A DNA stretch of 64,000 bases from a virus (Duplodnaviria > Caudoviricetes), in IMG/VR virus record IMGVR_UViG_3300032330_001398; one strand, written 5' to 3'. Within the stretch, counting starts at the first letter, position 1. Each line of letters begins with the position of its first letter. The translations under genes were made by a program, and so were the position numbers. This document shows positions 1 to 12,400 of the stretch, piece by piece. The notes under the pieces are model-generated. The model worked only from the letters and a program-made list of their open reading frames with translations. It made no database searches and had not been told where the DNA came from.

Positions 1-1
1 T

Positions 2-2632
2 GCTTATGAAGATTCTCCGATTACCATAAGCAAAAAAGAATTCGTTGGTTATTGGCAAATGAAGAGCGGAATTACAAAAGTAACTTTCCCAGTTGTGGCG
101 GGGTCTGGATATAAGATTTTCATAAATACTGTTTCTGAAACTAAATCAGATACAGAGTCATTGAAAGTATATATAGGAAATGCTGCTGGATCGCCAAGCG
201 TTCCATACCCAACGTTGCCAAGTAAAATATCACTACAAGATATTGGCGAAACAGATCAATTTTACGCCGTTGAAGAAGCTTCGATATGTTCAAAAATAAC
301 TTTTAATCCAGTTACTCCCGGTTTTGTTGATTCAAAAACTGTTAATGTTCAGATACCACAGGGAATTTCTGAATTAACTATGTACTTTGACTCTAATAAT
401 CCAAGACTAAGTAATCAAAGTAAAGATTATACACCAAGCACAGTTAGATTATTAAGTGTTTCTGGCGTTAATTTACCAGTTGAATTAATAACAGCAACCA
501 CAGACACAATTGAGTCTGTTTTTGATGGATATGAAACAGTAAAGGTTGCAGATGAAATTCCAGAAAGAACAGTTACAATTCCACCAACATTAAGACCAAT
601 CCAAAATGATAATACTAAATATTGTCAATCAAGCACATGCGTTGAAAAAAATATGGGTAATCAAAAAATTCAAGACGGACCAGTTGTTGCCGCACAAGAA
701 GTTGAGTCAATAACATCATTCTTAGCTGGAGATAATAGATCAAGAATAACGCTTCTTAGTGACTCAAGTTTGGTTCAAGGATCTTGCCTTTTAGATTCTG
801 ACAATAGAATACCAGAAAATACAATCAATTTCTTAAGAAGTTTGTATCCATCTAGTAAACCATTTTCAAGTAATAGTGGGCGACAGTTTGATACTATAAC
901 TAAAATAGTTTCCCCAGAAAGAGGAAGTCCACAAAAGTATTTCTCAATTTCTGAAAATGATGGAAACAACCTATTATTTAATCCACCGTTACCAGCAATA
1001 CAATTACCACTAGCATCTTTTGATGATAAAGAATCAGATTATGATCCAAGGTATATCATAAGGCCATTAAATCCTTATACTGATGATATGCCTGACTATA
1101 TAATTAAAAACATCAAGAAGAATGCTATTGATTCATTTATATCGCTACAAAGTGATAATGGAGCTACTGCTAAGTTTAGTGGAATAATAGAAGGAACTAT
1201 GTACGAAGACGCTCCATTTGTCGGTGGTATGCCACAGTTAATGAAAGACAAAGGATATGATTATTTAGATTTTGATAGATTTCCATCTGGATACCCCGGC
1301 GACTTATTCGGATATTCTATTGATCTATATCAAAATAAATTAATAGTTGGATCTCCATTCTCAGCATATTCTAAGGAAGAAATTAAACCTTGGAATTATT
1401 ATATTGATGGCGGCTCTGAATCTGGAATAAAAATTGGATATAATGGCGGCGCTGGCGCAGCATACATTTTTGAAAAAACTAATAATGGAGATGGGCCACT
1501 AGGAACAAAAACACCTTGGGAATTTATCCAAAAAATTAGACCACAAAGCATCAATATTGGTAGCGGAAATGTTGGAATTGGAGTTGTAAATGATCAATTC
1601 GGATATGATATATCTATTGATGGAGACATTATAGTTGTTGGCGCTCCCGGTCATGATTTTGGAAATTATAACGAAGAAGAAGTTGGATCATTTGGTAGGA
1701 AATTCTTTAATAGAGACTTCTATATACCACTAAGAACAGTGCATGATTTAGGAGATCAAACAACTAGAAATACTCTAAATAAACATGAACAAATTATCAA
1801 TAATGGCGCTGTTTTCACTTTTGAAAATAGAATCATTGATTGGAATAGTAAAACTAAAAAATGGATATATGTTGAAAAATCCGTTCCAGAAGGGTATAGC
1901 GATGGAACACAGAATAGTATAAATGATAAGTATGGAAAATCTGTTGCTATAGATAAGTCTAATAGAACCGATGCTGACTATACCATCGTTGTTGGATCTC
2001 CATTTCATGACTATGCAACCAGTGGAAATCATATTTCAGAACAACCAATGAATGACGCTGGTTCAGCATATATAGCTGATATAGTCTTAAGAAGACAGCC
2101 AGCGGCCAAACCAAGTCCAAATAGTTTTATCAATTCTAGAGTTTTTGGGTTTACCTATGATAATGAAGATAATATAGTAAGGTTGGATTTTGTTAATAAT
2201 AATGATGATAATAAGCTATATTCAGCTAGTGGAATTATATACTCAAATATACAGGGTGAAATTTTCTTAGAGGCTTCTGGTCAAGACCCAGCAACTAAGG
2301 GATTTATACAACATCGGCCCTATATTATGGCTGTTGATGGACAATATGTATACGGAACTCCGTCCTATGAAGGTATGACTTTAACAACATTTGGCAAATT
2401 TGACCTTGAAAATACCATGAATATGTTTACAAATGTAGGAGATAATTTTGTGTATAATAATGTAGGACTGTATACTAGCGCAATCACAGGATTTGCTTCT
2501 GGGGTTCCATCTGGGCTGTATTTGTTTATTGAATCTCAAAATACAACAGATATTTCCTCAAGTTTGACACTGATAGCTAGTGGGATAGGAAGCGATACTG
2601 ACACACTAAATCTGCGTATCAGAGGAAAATAA
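2..2632 (+). CDS. Large virion structural protein with FG-GAP-like beta-propeller repeats (5' partial)
   Basis: Frame is open from position 2, upstream of the ATG at 59. Repeats FGYSIDLYQNKLIVGSP, FGYDISIDGDIIVVGAPGHD and YGKSVAI..IVVGSPFHD, each followed by a GAAYIF/GAVFTF/GSAYI-type motif. Confidence 0.65.
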   Translation, partial: AYEDSPITISKKEFVGYWQMKSGITKVTFPVVAGSGYKIFINTVSETKSDTESLKVYIGNAAGSPSVPYPTLPSKISLQDIGETDQFYAVEEASICSKITFNPVTPGFVDSKTVNVQIPQGISELTMYFDSNNPRLSNQSKDYTPSTVRLLSVSGVNLPVELITATTDTIESVFDGYETVKVADEIPERTVTIPPTLRPIQNDNTKYCQSSTCVEKNMGNQKIQDGPVVAAQEVESITSFLAGDNRSRITLLSDSSLVQGSCLLDSDNRIPENTINFLRSLYPSSKPFSSNSGRQFDTITKIVSPERGSPQKYFSISENDGNNLLFNPPLPAIQLPLASFDDKESDYDPRYIIRPLNPYTDDMPDYIIKNIKKNAIDSFISLQSDNGATAKFSGIIEGTMYEDAPFVGGMPQLMKDKGYDYLDFDRFPSGYPGDLFGYSIDLYQNKLIVGSPFSAYSKEEIKPWNYYIDGGSESGIKIGYNGGAGAAYIFEKTNNGDGPLGTKTPWEFIQKIRPQSINIGSGNVGIGVVNDQFGYDISIDGDIIVVGAPGHDFGNYNEEEVGSFGRKFFNRDFYIPLRTVHDLGDQTTRNTLNKHEQIINNGAVFTFENRIIDWNSKTKKWIYVEKSVPEGYSDGTQNSINDKYGKSVAIDKSNRTDADYTIVVGSPFHDYATSGNHISEQPMNDAGSAYIADIVLRRQPAAKPSPNSFINSRVFGFTYDNEDNIVRLDFVNNNDDNKLYSASGIIYSNIQGEIFLEASGQDPATKGFIQHRPYIMAVDGQYVYGTPSYEGMTLTTFGKFDLENTMNMFTNVGDNFVYNNVGLYTSAITGFASGVPSGLYLFIESQNTTDISSSLTLIASGIGSDTDTLNLRIRGK

Positions 2633-4407
2633 TGATAACAGTATACTATAGAAATGTTACGCCATGCGTTATTAGACCAACACCATTTGTGTCTATTTCT
2701 TATAGCGCCCAAAGAAATAAAATTGGAACTCTTGGCGGCAGTTACGACATTACTCTAACTGGTACTATTATTGATGATGAAGGTTCACCACTACTTTTTG
2801 ATAATTCGATAAAAAGTACGGGTAATTTTTCTACAGATTATGCTAGACCAGCATCTCAAAGTATAGGTCTTGATCAAAAGTTAAGATCAATATTGCAAAA
2901 ACAAAATGTTATTAGAGAATTATTTTCTTCAGATGGTCAAAGAATAGAGATTTTACCAATTTCTAACGATCCCGGCAACGGTGGAATTAATACCGGAGGA
3001 TCAGACGAACCAATAATGGTATTTTATCCAACTATTCAATCAGTAAATTTTGAAGAGGGAATATATGTAAATACTTGTAAATATACTATTACATTAAAAG
3101 CTGATACTATATTAGATGCTGAAAATAAAGTTTATTTAGATGGAGTAATATCTAATACATTTTCAAACTCAGTATCAAGTAATGATTCTTTATTTTATTA
3201 TAACGACGAGAGATTGACGCAAGAATCAATAATAAATACGTATGGTGGATTTGTTGAAGATTTTACAGAGAATTGGGCAATTGAAGTTGACGATCAAAAT
3301 GGTATAACAAATACATATATTGATGAAAATGATGATACCCAAGATAGTATTCAAAATATAAGAACATATAGATTAACAAGAAATATGAATGCTACTGGAA
3401 AAGTAACATATTATCCATCTGGCAACAATGGAACGGTTGTCAAAAGTGAAGCTTGGAAACAAGCAAAAGATTTCATAAAGAAAAAAATTGCTATTGCTAA
3501 TGATGGAGTATCAGAGTATCCAAGATTTGATATAGAGTTAATATTTGCAAAAGATTTTCTTAATCTTAGTAATCTATACGGTGGATATAATCACTCTCGC
3601 ACCGAAAACATAGATAAAACTAATGGTCAATATAGTTTAACAGATACTTGGTTATTATCAAGTGGAACAGCTTATGAAAACTACAATATGAGTATTAGTA
3701 GTAGTATAGACGCTCCATTAATTAATCTATCAATTCAAGGAACTATAAAAGGTTTAACGAGTATACCAATTAGTGGAGCATTATATGGAGGTAATGATAC
3801 CTCACCCATAAACTCACCGTATCAAAATGCAGTTAATAAATATCGTCAAATCAGCAACAATGGACAATATGGATTAACATCCGCTCTATATAAAAGAGCG
3901 CAAAATGCTATGTATCCAATAGTGCCTAACGCTCAACCAAAAAGTTTAAGTTTAGGTTTGAATGCGTTTACTGGAGAAATAACATATACTCTTGAGTTTA
4001 ATAATCGTCCTATGAATTATATTTCTGGAGTATTATCAGAAAATATTTCTATTAGTGATACTTATCCCGGAGATGTTTTTGCCGTTATACCAGTTATTGG
4101 TAGACAAACCGGACCTATATTACAATATATTGGGGGTAGAACAGAATATCAAAGAAGTGTTGGAATAGAATTCAATGTTGATTATACAAATTTACCATAC
4201 GGTAGAAATAGAAATAGTTTTGTATTATCAAAACCAAGTTTAAATGAACCAATTAGAACTCAAATTAATGAACTAATTACATCACTAAGCCCAGCTAATG
4301 AGCCGGGAATTAGAAAATATTTTTTAAATCCACCAGCAGAAAGTTGGAACCCAAAAGACGGAAAATATTCTTTGAATTTAAATTGGACATATGAATTGGA
4401 TCATTAA
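2632..4407 (+). CDS. Putative virion/tail structural protein
   Basis: 591 aa ORF, rich in beta-type, Asn/Ser/Thr sequence, coupled to its neighbour (TAATG) in a structural operon. Confidence 0.55.
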   Translation: MITVYYRNVTPCVIRPTPFVSISYSAQRNKIGTLGGSYDITLTGTIIDDEGSPLLFDNSIKSTGNFSTDYARPASQSIGLDQKLRSILQKQNVIRELFSSDGQRIEILPISNDPGNGGINTGGSDEPIMVFYPTIQSVNFEEGIYVNTCKYTITLKADTILDAENKVYLDGVISNTFSNSVSSNDSLFYYNDERLTQESIINTYGGFVEDFTENWAIEVDDQNGITNTYIDENDDTQDSIQNIRTYRLTRNMNATGKVTYYPSGNNGTVVKSEAWKQAKDFIKKKIAIANDGVSEYPRFDIELIFAKDFLNLSNLYGGYNHSRTENIDKTNGQYSLTDTWLLSSGTAYENYNMSISSSIDAPLINLSIQGTIKGLTSIPISGALYGGNDTSPINSPYQNAVNKYRQISNNGQYGLTSALYKRAQNAMYPIVPNAQPKSLSLGLNAFTGEITYTLEFNNRPMNYISGVLSENISISDTYPGDVFAVIPVIGRQTGPILQYIGGRTEYQRSVGIEFNVDYTNLPYGRNRNSFVLSKPSLNEPIRTQINELITSLSPANEPGIRKYFLNPPAESWNPKDGKYSLNLNWTYELDH

Positions 4408-4409
4408 TT

Positions 4410-4799
4410 ATGGGATTATTTACTCCACTCACGTATGAACAAAAATATGGACACCTCTCTAATCCAAGCGGTGTTTTAGCTTCCGGTCAAGCTAATTTTG
4501 AAGATCCTTTACAGATAGAAACCACTACAGTATTTACATCCAGCGTACCTTTATTAAATCGCAATGGATTAGTTTATACAGAGAATAATTATCTATCCAA
4601 CGCTAAACAGTCAAGAGACTTTTCTATAAATGACTTTCAAGTTTTTAATCCATATATACATTACTACCCATCACCGAATGCTGGTAATGGTATAATAAAT
4701 AAAAAAGCATCAGCATTTGAAATAAATACATCTGGTTTTTACAATCTAGCTGTTTCTGGATTCAATATGTATAACACAAAATATAGGCCACTATCATGA
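4410..4799 (+). CDS. Hypothetical protein (structural module)
   Basis: 129 aa ORF tightly packed between structural genes. Confidence 0.55.
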   Translation: MGLFTPLTYEQKYGHLSNPSGVLASGQANFEDPLQIETTTVFTSSVPLLNRNGLVYTENNYLSNAKQSRDFSINDFQVFNPYIHYYPSPNAGNGIINKKASAFEINTSGFYNLAVSGFNMYNTKYRPLS

Positions 4800-7700
4800 C
4801 AGAAGTTGTTTATAATCGACCAGCGGGAGATCATTCCATACAACCAGCTTCTGGTTATTATGGAATTAATTGGCCTAGCACTAGCGGCGTTATACCTCAA
4901 AGCTTTTCAATGGGTGGATGGACTTCTGGAAATTTAGGATATGTACAGCAAACTTTCCTTGGGGCTTCTATACGATCTTTTAATTTAAATGGAGGTTTTG
5001 GAGACACTAGTTCTCAACTTTCTGTAGAATTGATTAATGATGAGTTCAATGTATCAGACAAAAAATCAAAGGGCGAAGGCGATGATGTTTATCACAATGG
5101 AACATACGACACTTTTGCTCCACCTCCAGTTGGATCTCCTGTATTTTTCAAATTTGGATCTAATTACGCAACAGTAGCAGAAGCCTATAAAAAAACTTTT
5201 GATGATCTATATAATACATCCACTTTCTCAAATATTCAACCTAAAGTGGTAGGAAATTACGATAAAAATAATTTTGTAGAACTCCAAAATGGACAATATA
5301 TTGACATACAAAATGGTAAAATATTAGATAATAGCGAATTTTTAAATAGTAAATATCGAGGTAAAGATCATTTGACATTTGGCGGTATTTTACAATCTTA
5401 TGTTCAAAATCGTGGCCCAGCGGGAAATCCACTATATTCTGTTCAAGTTGTTGACCCCAGAGAAATATTATCCAACGCTATAATTGTGTTAAATAATTAT
5501 GCTGGCACAACTCATAAAAACCCAAACATGTTCAACATATATGGATTTTTAGAATATGACCCAACAGAAACTTTACAATCCCAATTGGAATCTTTTTATC
5601 CAAACAAAAACGTTCTAACAAAATATGTCAATTCTTCTGGAATATATTCGTATTCTGGATATGATATTCGTGGGATAAATGGTGTTGATATTTTTAGTAG
5701 TAGTGGAAATTATGATTTTACAATAGGTGGTGCGTCGTACAATTTTTTACAAAATTATCCTGTTAGAATGCCAATAACTGGAACCGGTTTTTCCAGAAGA
5801 GGAAATCAAGGTATCCCATACTATAGACTAAGACAAGGATTAAATGCTTTACTTGGAATTGATGGATTATTACCTCAAGAATATACAGACGCTGGTTTTG
5901 GTAGCTATATCAATTTTCGTGGTTTTAATTATTTAGTTGATCTTGGTGGACTCAAAAAAATAAGCGATTACTATTTCTTTGATTTTGATCAAATGAATCT
6001 TTTAGATTTGTGTTTAGAAATTTGTGATATTACAAGTAGCGATTTATTTGTAACATTATTGCCCATCATTGAGCATCCTGTATCGCAGCGTTTTTATGAT
6101 TACAACAAAACCAAGATGAAAGAAAATAAACCAAAAGAAATTATTGCTGGTATTATTAGAGTTGATGCTATAGATAGATCAAAACAACCAGAATATGGCG
6201 CAATTAAAAAATATATTGACAGTTTAGCTAGTAGTGGAATTTTTGTTGAAAATCAAGATGTTGGGTTTGAATTATCTAATGTAACAACTGATAAGTTTAT
6301 AGTTGGCGCTCAAGAAGTAGATATGTATTATTTCTCAGGCAACGCTGATAGAGATGAGCTAGAAATAAGAAAACAAAAAGCTGGCTATTCAAACAGTGCA
6401 GACTTTCTTGTGGGTGAACAGTGGAAATTAGAAACATCTTTAAAACAACAGATTATTCCATATTATGGACTACTTGGAAGTAATGGAAATAAAGCTGTAA
6501 CTATTCCAAAAGGGTTTGGTGCTTATCAACAAATTTTACTTGATACAACGGGTTTAAACGCTAATGGTGTTGGAAATTATTATGTTGCAACAGAAATGGA
6601 ATTAAGAGCAGCTTTAGTGTCATACACAAGATGGAAAGATTTCTTAGTACTATATAATGATTTATATATGGAAAGCATTGAAGATAATGACGCTTTAGAA
6701 CAATCAGCTTTAGCACAAACAGCCGCTCCACCCGCCGGTGCGCCAAATGTTGTTCAAGTAAAACCAAATATATCAAATAATTATGCAGTAACTGTTCCAA
6801 GGTCAGTTTTTGATACAGATAAAGAAGTTCCATATGGAGATGACGATTTACCATCTAGTCCATGCAATCCACCGTATGGATATCCTTTATATTATAAACG
6901 TGCTACTAAAATTGGTATTTCAGAAGCTGGATTAGCAGGATTACAAGGATCGTATAATACTATTCTAACAAATTTGGCAGCATTACAAAATGCCTCTGAT
7001 GATGATTTTCCAATCTTGTTGAGATCTCAATGGACTGCTTACACTGAAGGAACTGGCCCAAATGGCGTTCAAAGCGATGAAGAAAAGCAATTCTACGATT
7101 GGATCAAATCATTAATAGATAGCGGCAAAAAGAAAAGCGAAGTTATAGGATTGATAGAAAATACTTTAACCGGTCTAGCAAGATCATTTAAGATATTGAA
7201 TAGATTGAGTAAAAAAACAACAGAAAATTCTCTAAGGGTATACAACTTTATAAAACAGATAGCAGATGAATGTTTTGGTAGAAAATTTTTGATTAGAATT
7301 CCAAATGAAGTTAATCTATGGTATAGTTCAAATATTAATCTTGAAAATGATGACATTAATATAAATGCTTATTCTCAAGGACCATTCGGTTTTCGTCCAA
7401 GATCAATTAATTATGATCCAAATTATGAGTACGGAAACGTGTTTAAACAACTAATAAGAAGCGAAAGAGAAAAAAATGGAAACCCAAGTCATTTTATAAC
7501 TTCATTTTTAACTAAACTTGATAACGTGGGATATTCAAAATTTAAAGGCGCTTTACATACAAATTGGAATCCAATAGCTGAAAAATATGAATTTAATTAT
7601 GAACCAAATAAAGATGGTGGATTTATAAATTTTGATTTATATGAAAATGTATCAAATTCTAAGAGTCTTGGTGTGTCTCAGGGGTTAATACCTCAAGATG

Positions 7701-9481
7701 CTAAAAATTTCATCAACGATCAAAATAGAATGTCAGCTTATGTTAGATTTGATAACAGTCAATATTTATCTTTTGATGGATTTAATCATGATTCTTTCAC
7801 CCAACAAAGAGTAGAATCTGGAGATTTTATTCCAGATATCACATATGAATTAGATAATACCCGAACAGATGATTTTATATCTCTTCCAAAAAATAAAGAT
7901 GAAGAAGATACACCATTACCGAAAACTGTAGCATTTGTAAAATGCGATGTTGATGACAAACTATATATGCCACCTAAAACTGAAATAAAACGAATAATTG
8001 TGCATGGTAGACAAGTCAAAGATATTGGACAATATTCTAAACCAAATAAAATCTATGACTGCGCAACCAATGATTACAAAAATAGCTTTTCTTACTACAA
8101 AGCTAATTACATACCAATACGGACAACAGGAGAATATCGCTCCAATGTATTATCATTTAAAACAATATTTAATCCATTATTAAATGGTAATATAATAGAT
8201 ACTGAAGAGAAAAATCTTGATACAGATCATGTTTACGCTTTAATAACTTTGCAGTCTAGAGTTTTACCAACAAAAGATGCTAGATTTAGAGATTCTACTT
8301 TTCAACAGGCAAATGCTGACAGATTTAAACATTTATTAGCTTTGGATGTTGTTAAAGGTCTTAACGGTTTTGATGAACCAACATTTGTTGGTAGAGTAAC
8401 CAATGCTATAGATGGCATACCAGTAAACCAACAAGCTTCGGATGCTGCATTGTTAGCTTATAATGCTGCAATGAAAGGTGTAGAATTTACTCTAACACAA
8501 GTAACAAGCGTTAGTCAACCGTCACCAATATATCCAGATTTAGTAGCTCTTCCATTAATGTCGAAAGAAAGATGTTACGGTCCTTGGGTTTCTTCTCAAA
8601 TAGACACGCAAGCTAAAGTATACCAAAATGTTGCTGGAAAAGTTGAATTTATAAAAGACGAAAATTTGGCTCCTTGGAATTACAATGGATATCAACTTAT
8701 GAACGCTGCTGGTATTCTACAAGCAGAATTCTCAAATAGTTTATTATTACAAACTGAGCGCGGAGGCTTTGTTGTACCATCTGCTCCATTCGGAGTAACT
8801 TTAGGAAAAGCTTTGTTAAATTCTGGCCCATTGGTAACAAATATATCAGTAGATGTTTCAGAGAATGGAATCAAAACAACATATAAAATGGATTTGTATA
8901 CTGCAAAATTTGGAAAACTACAAAAACAAAAACAAGACCTTGTTAGTAAAATTAGTAGAGAAAGACAAAAATTACAAGATGAAAGAAATTCTCTAATTCG
9001 TAAAGGTCTTGGAAAAAATGCAACAAGAGTAAATTATCAACAAGTATATAAAGAATTAGGAAATTTACAAAAAATGACTAGCGGTGATGGTCTTAATGAT
9101 ATTTTTAATGGTAATGATCCAAATAATATGATTGTTGGAAATGTTAATCCTCAAACAAATACAGGAATTACCGGATTGTCAGTAGCAGATGGCCCAAATT
9201 CAACCAACGAGTTTACATATACATTATATCCAATAAAAACCTCATTTCAATCACCAAATAATTTGAGCTATATAGCGTCGTTCAAAGCAAATAATATACA
9301 GCTAGCACAAGAAATGTATAATACTGCTGGTCAAGATTTAGCAGATATGTATTCTCCAGCGCTTTTAGATATTGCGCCTCATAAAAATATGCCAAGTTTA
9401 GAAAATAGAAATTCGGATGCAATCGCATCAATTTATTTCGATTTTGACAAAATCAATAACGATGATATAACTATAGGATAG
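4796..9481 (+). CDS. Large putative tail/baseplate protein
   Basis: 1561 aa ORF; C-terminal VTNISVDVSENGIKTTY followed by a coiled coil, as seen in tail hub-type proteins; operon context. Confidence 0.55.
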   Translation: MTEVVYNRPAGDHSIQPASGYYGINWPSTSGVIPQSFSMGGWTSGNLGYVQQTFLGASIRSFNLNGGFGDTSSQLSVELINDEFNVSDKKSKGEGDDVYHNGTYDTFAPPPVGSPVFFKFGSNYATVAEAYKKTFDDLYNTSTFSNIQPKVVGNYDKNNFVELQNGQYIDIQNGKILDNSEFLNSKYRGKDHLTFGGILQSYVQNRGPAGNPLYSVQVVDPREILSNAIIVLNNYAGTTHKNPNMFNIYGFLEYDPTETLQSQLESFYPNKNVLTKYVNSSGIYSYSGYDIRGINGVDIFSSSGNYDFTIGGASYNFLQNYPVRMPITGTGFSRRGNQGIPYYRLRQGLNALLGIDGLLPQEYTDAGFGSYINFRGFNYLVDLGGLKKISDYYFFDFDQMNLLDLCLEICDITSSDLFVTLLPIIEHPVSQRFYDYNKTKMKENKPKEIIAGIIRVDAIDRSKQPEYGAIKKYIDSLASSGIFVENQDVGFELSNVTTDKFIVGAQEVDMYYFSGNADRDELEIRKQKAGYSNSADFLVGEQWKLETSLKQQIIPYYGLLGSNGNKAVTIPKGFGAYQQILLDTTGLNANGVGNYYVATEMELRAALVSYTRWKDFLVLYNDLYMESIEDNDALEQSALAQTAAPPAGAPNVVQVKPNISNNYAVTVPRSVFDTDKEVPYGDDDLPSSPCNPPYGYPLYYKRATKIGISEAGLAGLQGSYNTILTNLAALQNASDDDFPILLRSQWTAYTEGTGPNGVQSDEEKQFYDWIKSLIDSGKKKSEVIGLIENTLTGLARSFKILNRLSKKTTENSLRVYNFIKQIADECFGRKFLIRIPNEVNLWYSSNINLENDDININAYSQGPFGFRPRSINYDPNYEYGNVFKQLIRSEREKNGNPSHFITSFLTKLDNVGYSKFKGALHTNWNPIAEKYEFNYEPNKDGGFINFDLYENVSNSKSLGVSQGLIPQDAKNFINDQNRMSAYVRFDNSQYLSFDGFNHDSFTQQRVESGDFIPDITYELDNTRTDDFISLPKNKDEEDTPLPKTVAFVKCDVDDKLYMPPKTEIKRIIVHGRQVKDIGQYSKPNKIYDCATNDYKNSFSYYKANYIPIRTTGEYRSNVLSFKTIFNPLLNGNIIDTEEKNLDTDHVYALITLQSRVLPTKDARFRDSTFQQANADRFKHLLALDVVKGLNGFDEPTFVGRVTNAIDGIPVNQQASDAALLAYNAAMKGVEFTLTQVTSVSQPSPIYPDLVALPLMSKERCYGPWVSSQIDTQAKVYQNVAGKVEFIKDENLAPWNYNGYQLMNAAGILQAEFSNSLLLQTERGGFVVPSAPFGVTLGKALLNSGPLVTNISVDVSENGIKTTYKMDLYTAKFGKLQKQKQDLVSKISRERQKLQDERNSLIRKGLGKNATRVNYQQVYKELGNLQKMTSGDGLNDIFNGNDPNNMIVGNVNPQTNTGITGLSVADGPNSTNEFTYTLYPIKTSFQSPNNLSYIASFKANNIQLAQEMYNTAGQDLADMYSPALLDIAPHKNMPSLENRNSDAIASIYFDFDKINNDDITIG

Positions 9482-9493
9482 GAGTTTTATTTT

Positions 9494-12400
9494 ATGTTCC
9501 AAGGAAATTTGGGTGACAATAGTAGAAAGCACCATACTTTTACAACTATTAATTCTGACTTTGAAGCTGCTAGCTTAAATCAATTTACGTTGAGTTATCT
9601 CTACTATTTTTGTAAAGGAAATCATTCTGAAATTAAAAAGCTAAATCTAATTACTTCTACGATTAAAACTTTTTTGTTATCCGCAAAAGAAAGAGATGAA
9701 GATGCTTTTATATCCTCATTTTTTAGTAATATAGACTCAGCATATTATTACAAATTTGACAAAACAGTAGGACGATTTATAAAAACAGCTTTTGAAGTAA
9801 GTAAAATACTTAGTACTATAACTGAATTTGAGAAAATCAAAACACAAAAAAACTATAAGAATAATTCTATTCTACAAACTGTTCGTAATATACAATTAAG
9901 TAGCGATGGATATCTTCTTCTTAAATCTAATATAAGTATTACCGTTGGTGAAACTCAAATTCCAATTGAATTCAAATTATATTTCAAAGATAATATTGAT
10001 ACTTTTACAGGCGCTAGGAAGATGGTTTCAAATACATCTAATAAATTTTCTGGCATTCCAACAAGAACAACCGGAGGCGTGTGGGGAGCTAGTAGTACAA
10101 ATAATATTGAAAACAAACAAGAAAATATTGGGGTTTATGCTTCTCCATCATCTCCTAATAGTCCTATAGAACAAAAAGTTGGAGAATTGGCGATGAGTTG
10201 GAATTCAAATACTGGAAAATGGGAAGCTGGAACCCAGCAGATAATGGCAAAATTACTTACCAATATAGACAAAGCACCCATTAAAAATGTTTCTATTCAA
10301 CCAACAGATACTGCTAATGGGAAAAGATTCTATGATCAATCCAGTGATTATTACATGGGGGCATTTACAACGGGTTTAGCAATTCCTCTTTCTGTTGAAA
10401 AAGGTAATCCTTATTTATTTGGACCTAACTGTTTACAATGTACTGGCGGTGAACAAAAAATAGAGAAAATAAGAGTAGTAAATCGTGCCCCAAGATCATT
10501 TAAGAAAGGTGCTACTGTATTATGTTCTCGCATTGATGGAGAATGGATTATTCAAGATTTTGGATTTAATCCAGACGATGTTGCCCCATTAACATCAATT
10601 GGGGAATGGTCGTTCATTAAATTGATAGCAAACTCTGATGATTATTTCAAAGATAATAGATATGTTGTAGCTAATGGCAGAGACGTAACAATTGATCAAA
10701 CACTAAAACAAAATATATCACCAAATAGTTATGAAACAAAAACAAGAAATAGATTTTATGCACATTTGTCAGCAATTGCTGGTGGAGATATTGTTCCCCC
10801 AATAACTGATGCTGAAATGTTATCAGATATAAAGAGTATTTATCCTAATATCTTAAGCCAAGTTGGTTTACAAAAAACTATTAGATATAATGGTTTTCCA
10901 AGTATTTCTGGAAAATTAATAGATTCTAAACCAGATTTATATTCGATAAAAACCGATGCATATAATTTTGAACCGAATACAAAATATTTTATTTCTACAG
11001 TATTTGACCAATTAGGTCCACAAATGGGTGGAAATTCTCCAGAAAATTTTATAGCTAGAACAAATATATCTAATACAACAGCGGTTGTTGATAATAGGAG
11101 AAATGCTATTCCTTTCTCATTTTTTTGGGGACCAGTATTTCCAGATGGATATAAAAATGAAGATGTTACCAGAGTATCTTTATATAGCGATAGATTGGAA
11201 GATGAATTAAGATTTGTTACCAATAATCAATCTTATTTTACAGGTGGAAATAATGTTAATCCATTTTCTATTAACAGCGCATTCTTAACAAACTATGATT
11301 TATATTCTAATGACACAGTAAACGCAAAAGAAATACCAGCAGAAGTTGGCGTATTAAGTTCTGGAAACGGCATAGAAGATATTACCCAAATTATGAAATA
11401 TAGTTCCAATAAAAATTTTATTGAACATACTAGAGGTATTTTAAATTCTAATAGATTTGCATATTTATTAGATTCTGAGAATGCAGAAGTATATGATATG
11501 CAACCAATATCGCCTAATAAAATTCAATTTACACCCTTACACGCTGAATTCGCAGCACACGCAGATCAATACTCAATATACACAACTACTTATTCAAAAT
11601 CTTGGGACAGAGATTTTTTTAACAATACTAGAAGCTTACTGAAAACAACGTATGCTAACATACCACATTTTTGGGGAAAAATGTTTAGTAGATTCGTGGG
11701 GCCGGTGAGTTACTATAAAAATCCTTCATTTCCACAAACCCAAAAAGATGGATTAGATGATCCTAGTTTTATTTATGACCAAAGTAAAAATGGTATAATT
11801 CATGAATTTGATAATGTTCCATATGACTATTATATCAACTCAACTCCAACAAGCAAACCGAAAGGAATAACGCGATTATTTCATGATAATAATTCTGATT
11901 TTCAAGGAGCAAATTTAGTTGGAGTTATTGCTGCTAAAAATAAATTCACAAAAAATGGTGGAGGTAAAATAAATTATAGTGTTGAACAATTTTTTGGTCT
12001 AAGGGGAGACGTTTCCAATGCTACAACTGGATCAGATTCTATACAGTACAATAATATCGGTTTAGGTATTCTCGCTGTAGTAAACGCTTTAACTGGACAA
12101 ACCCCACTTAGTAGAGATAAAGCAGGATTTGCAACTTGGGGTTCGGATAATTCTGATAAATATGATAGTTTTGGAACAACAGCATTACACGTTAGAGTTT
12201 TTGACGCTTGGCCAAATGAGCAAACAATATATGATGCTAGATATTATGCAATATTACATTTTAATCCCGGCACAATATTAAGCATTCCAGAAAGTGAAAC
12301 AGTTGGAGATAATGTAGATACATTAACAACAAAGTTTGGTAAACAATACTCTGAATGGGATACTAATGGTAGTTCTAATTATAGAAAAGTGTCACCAGCA

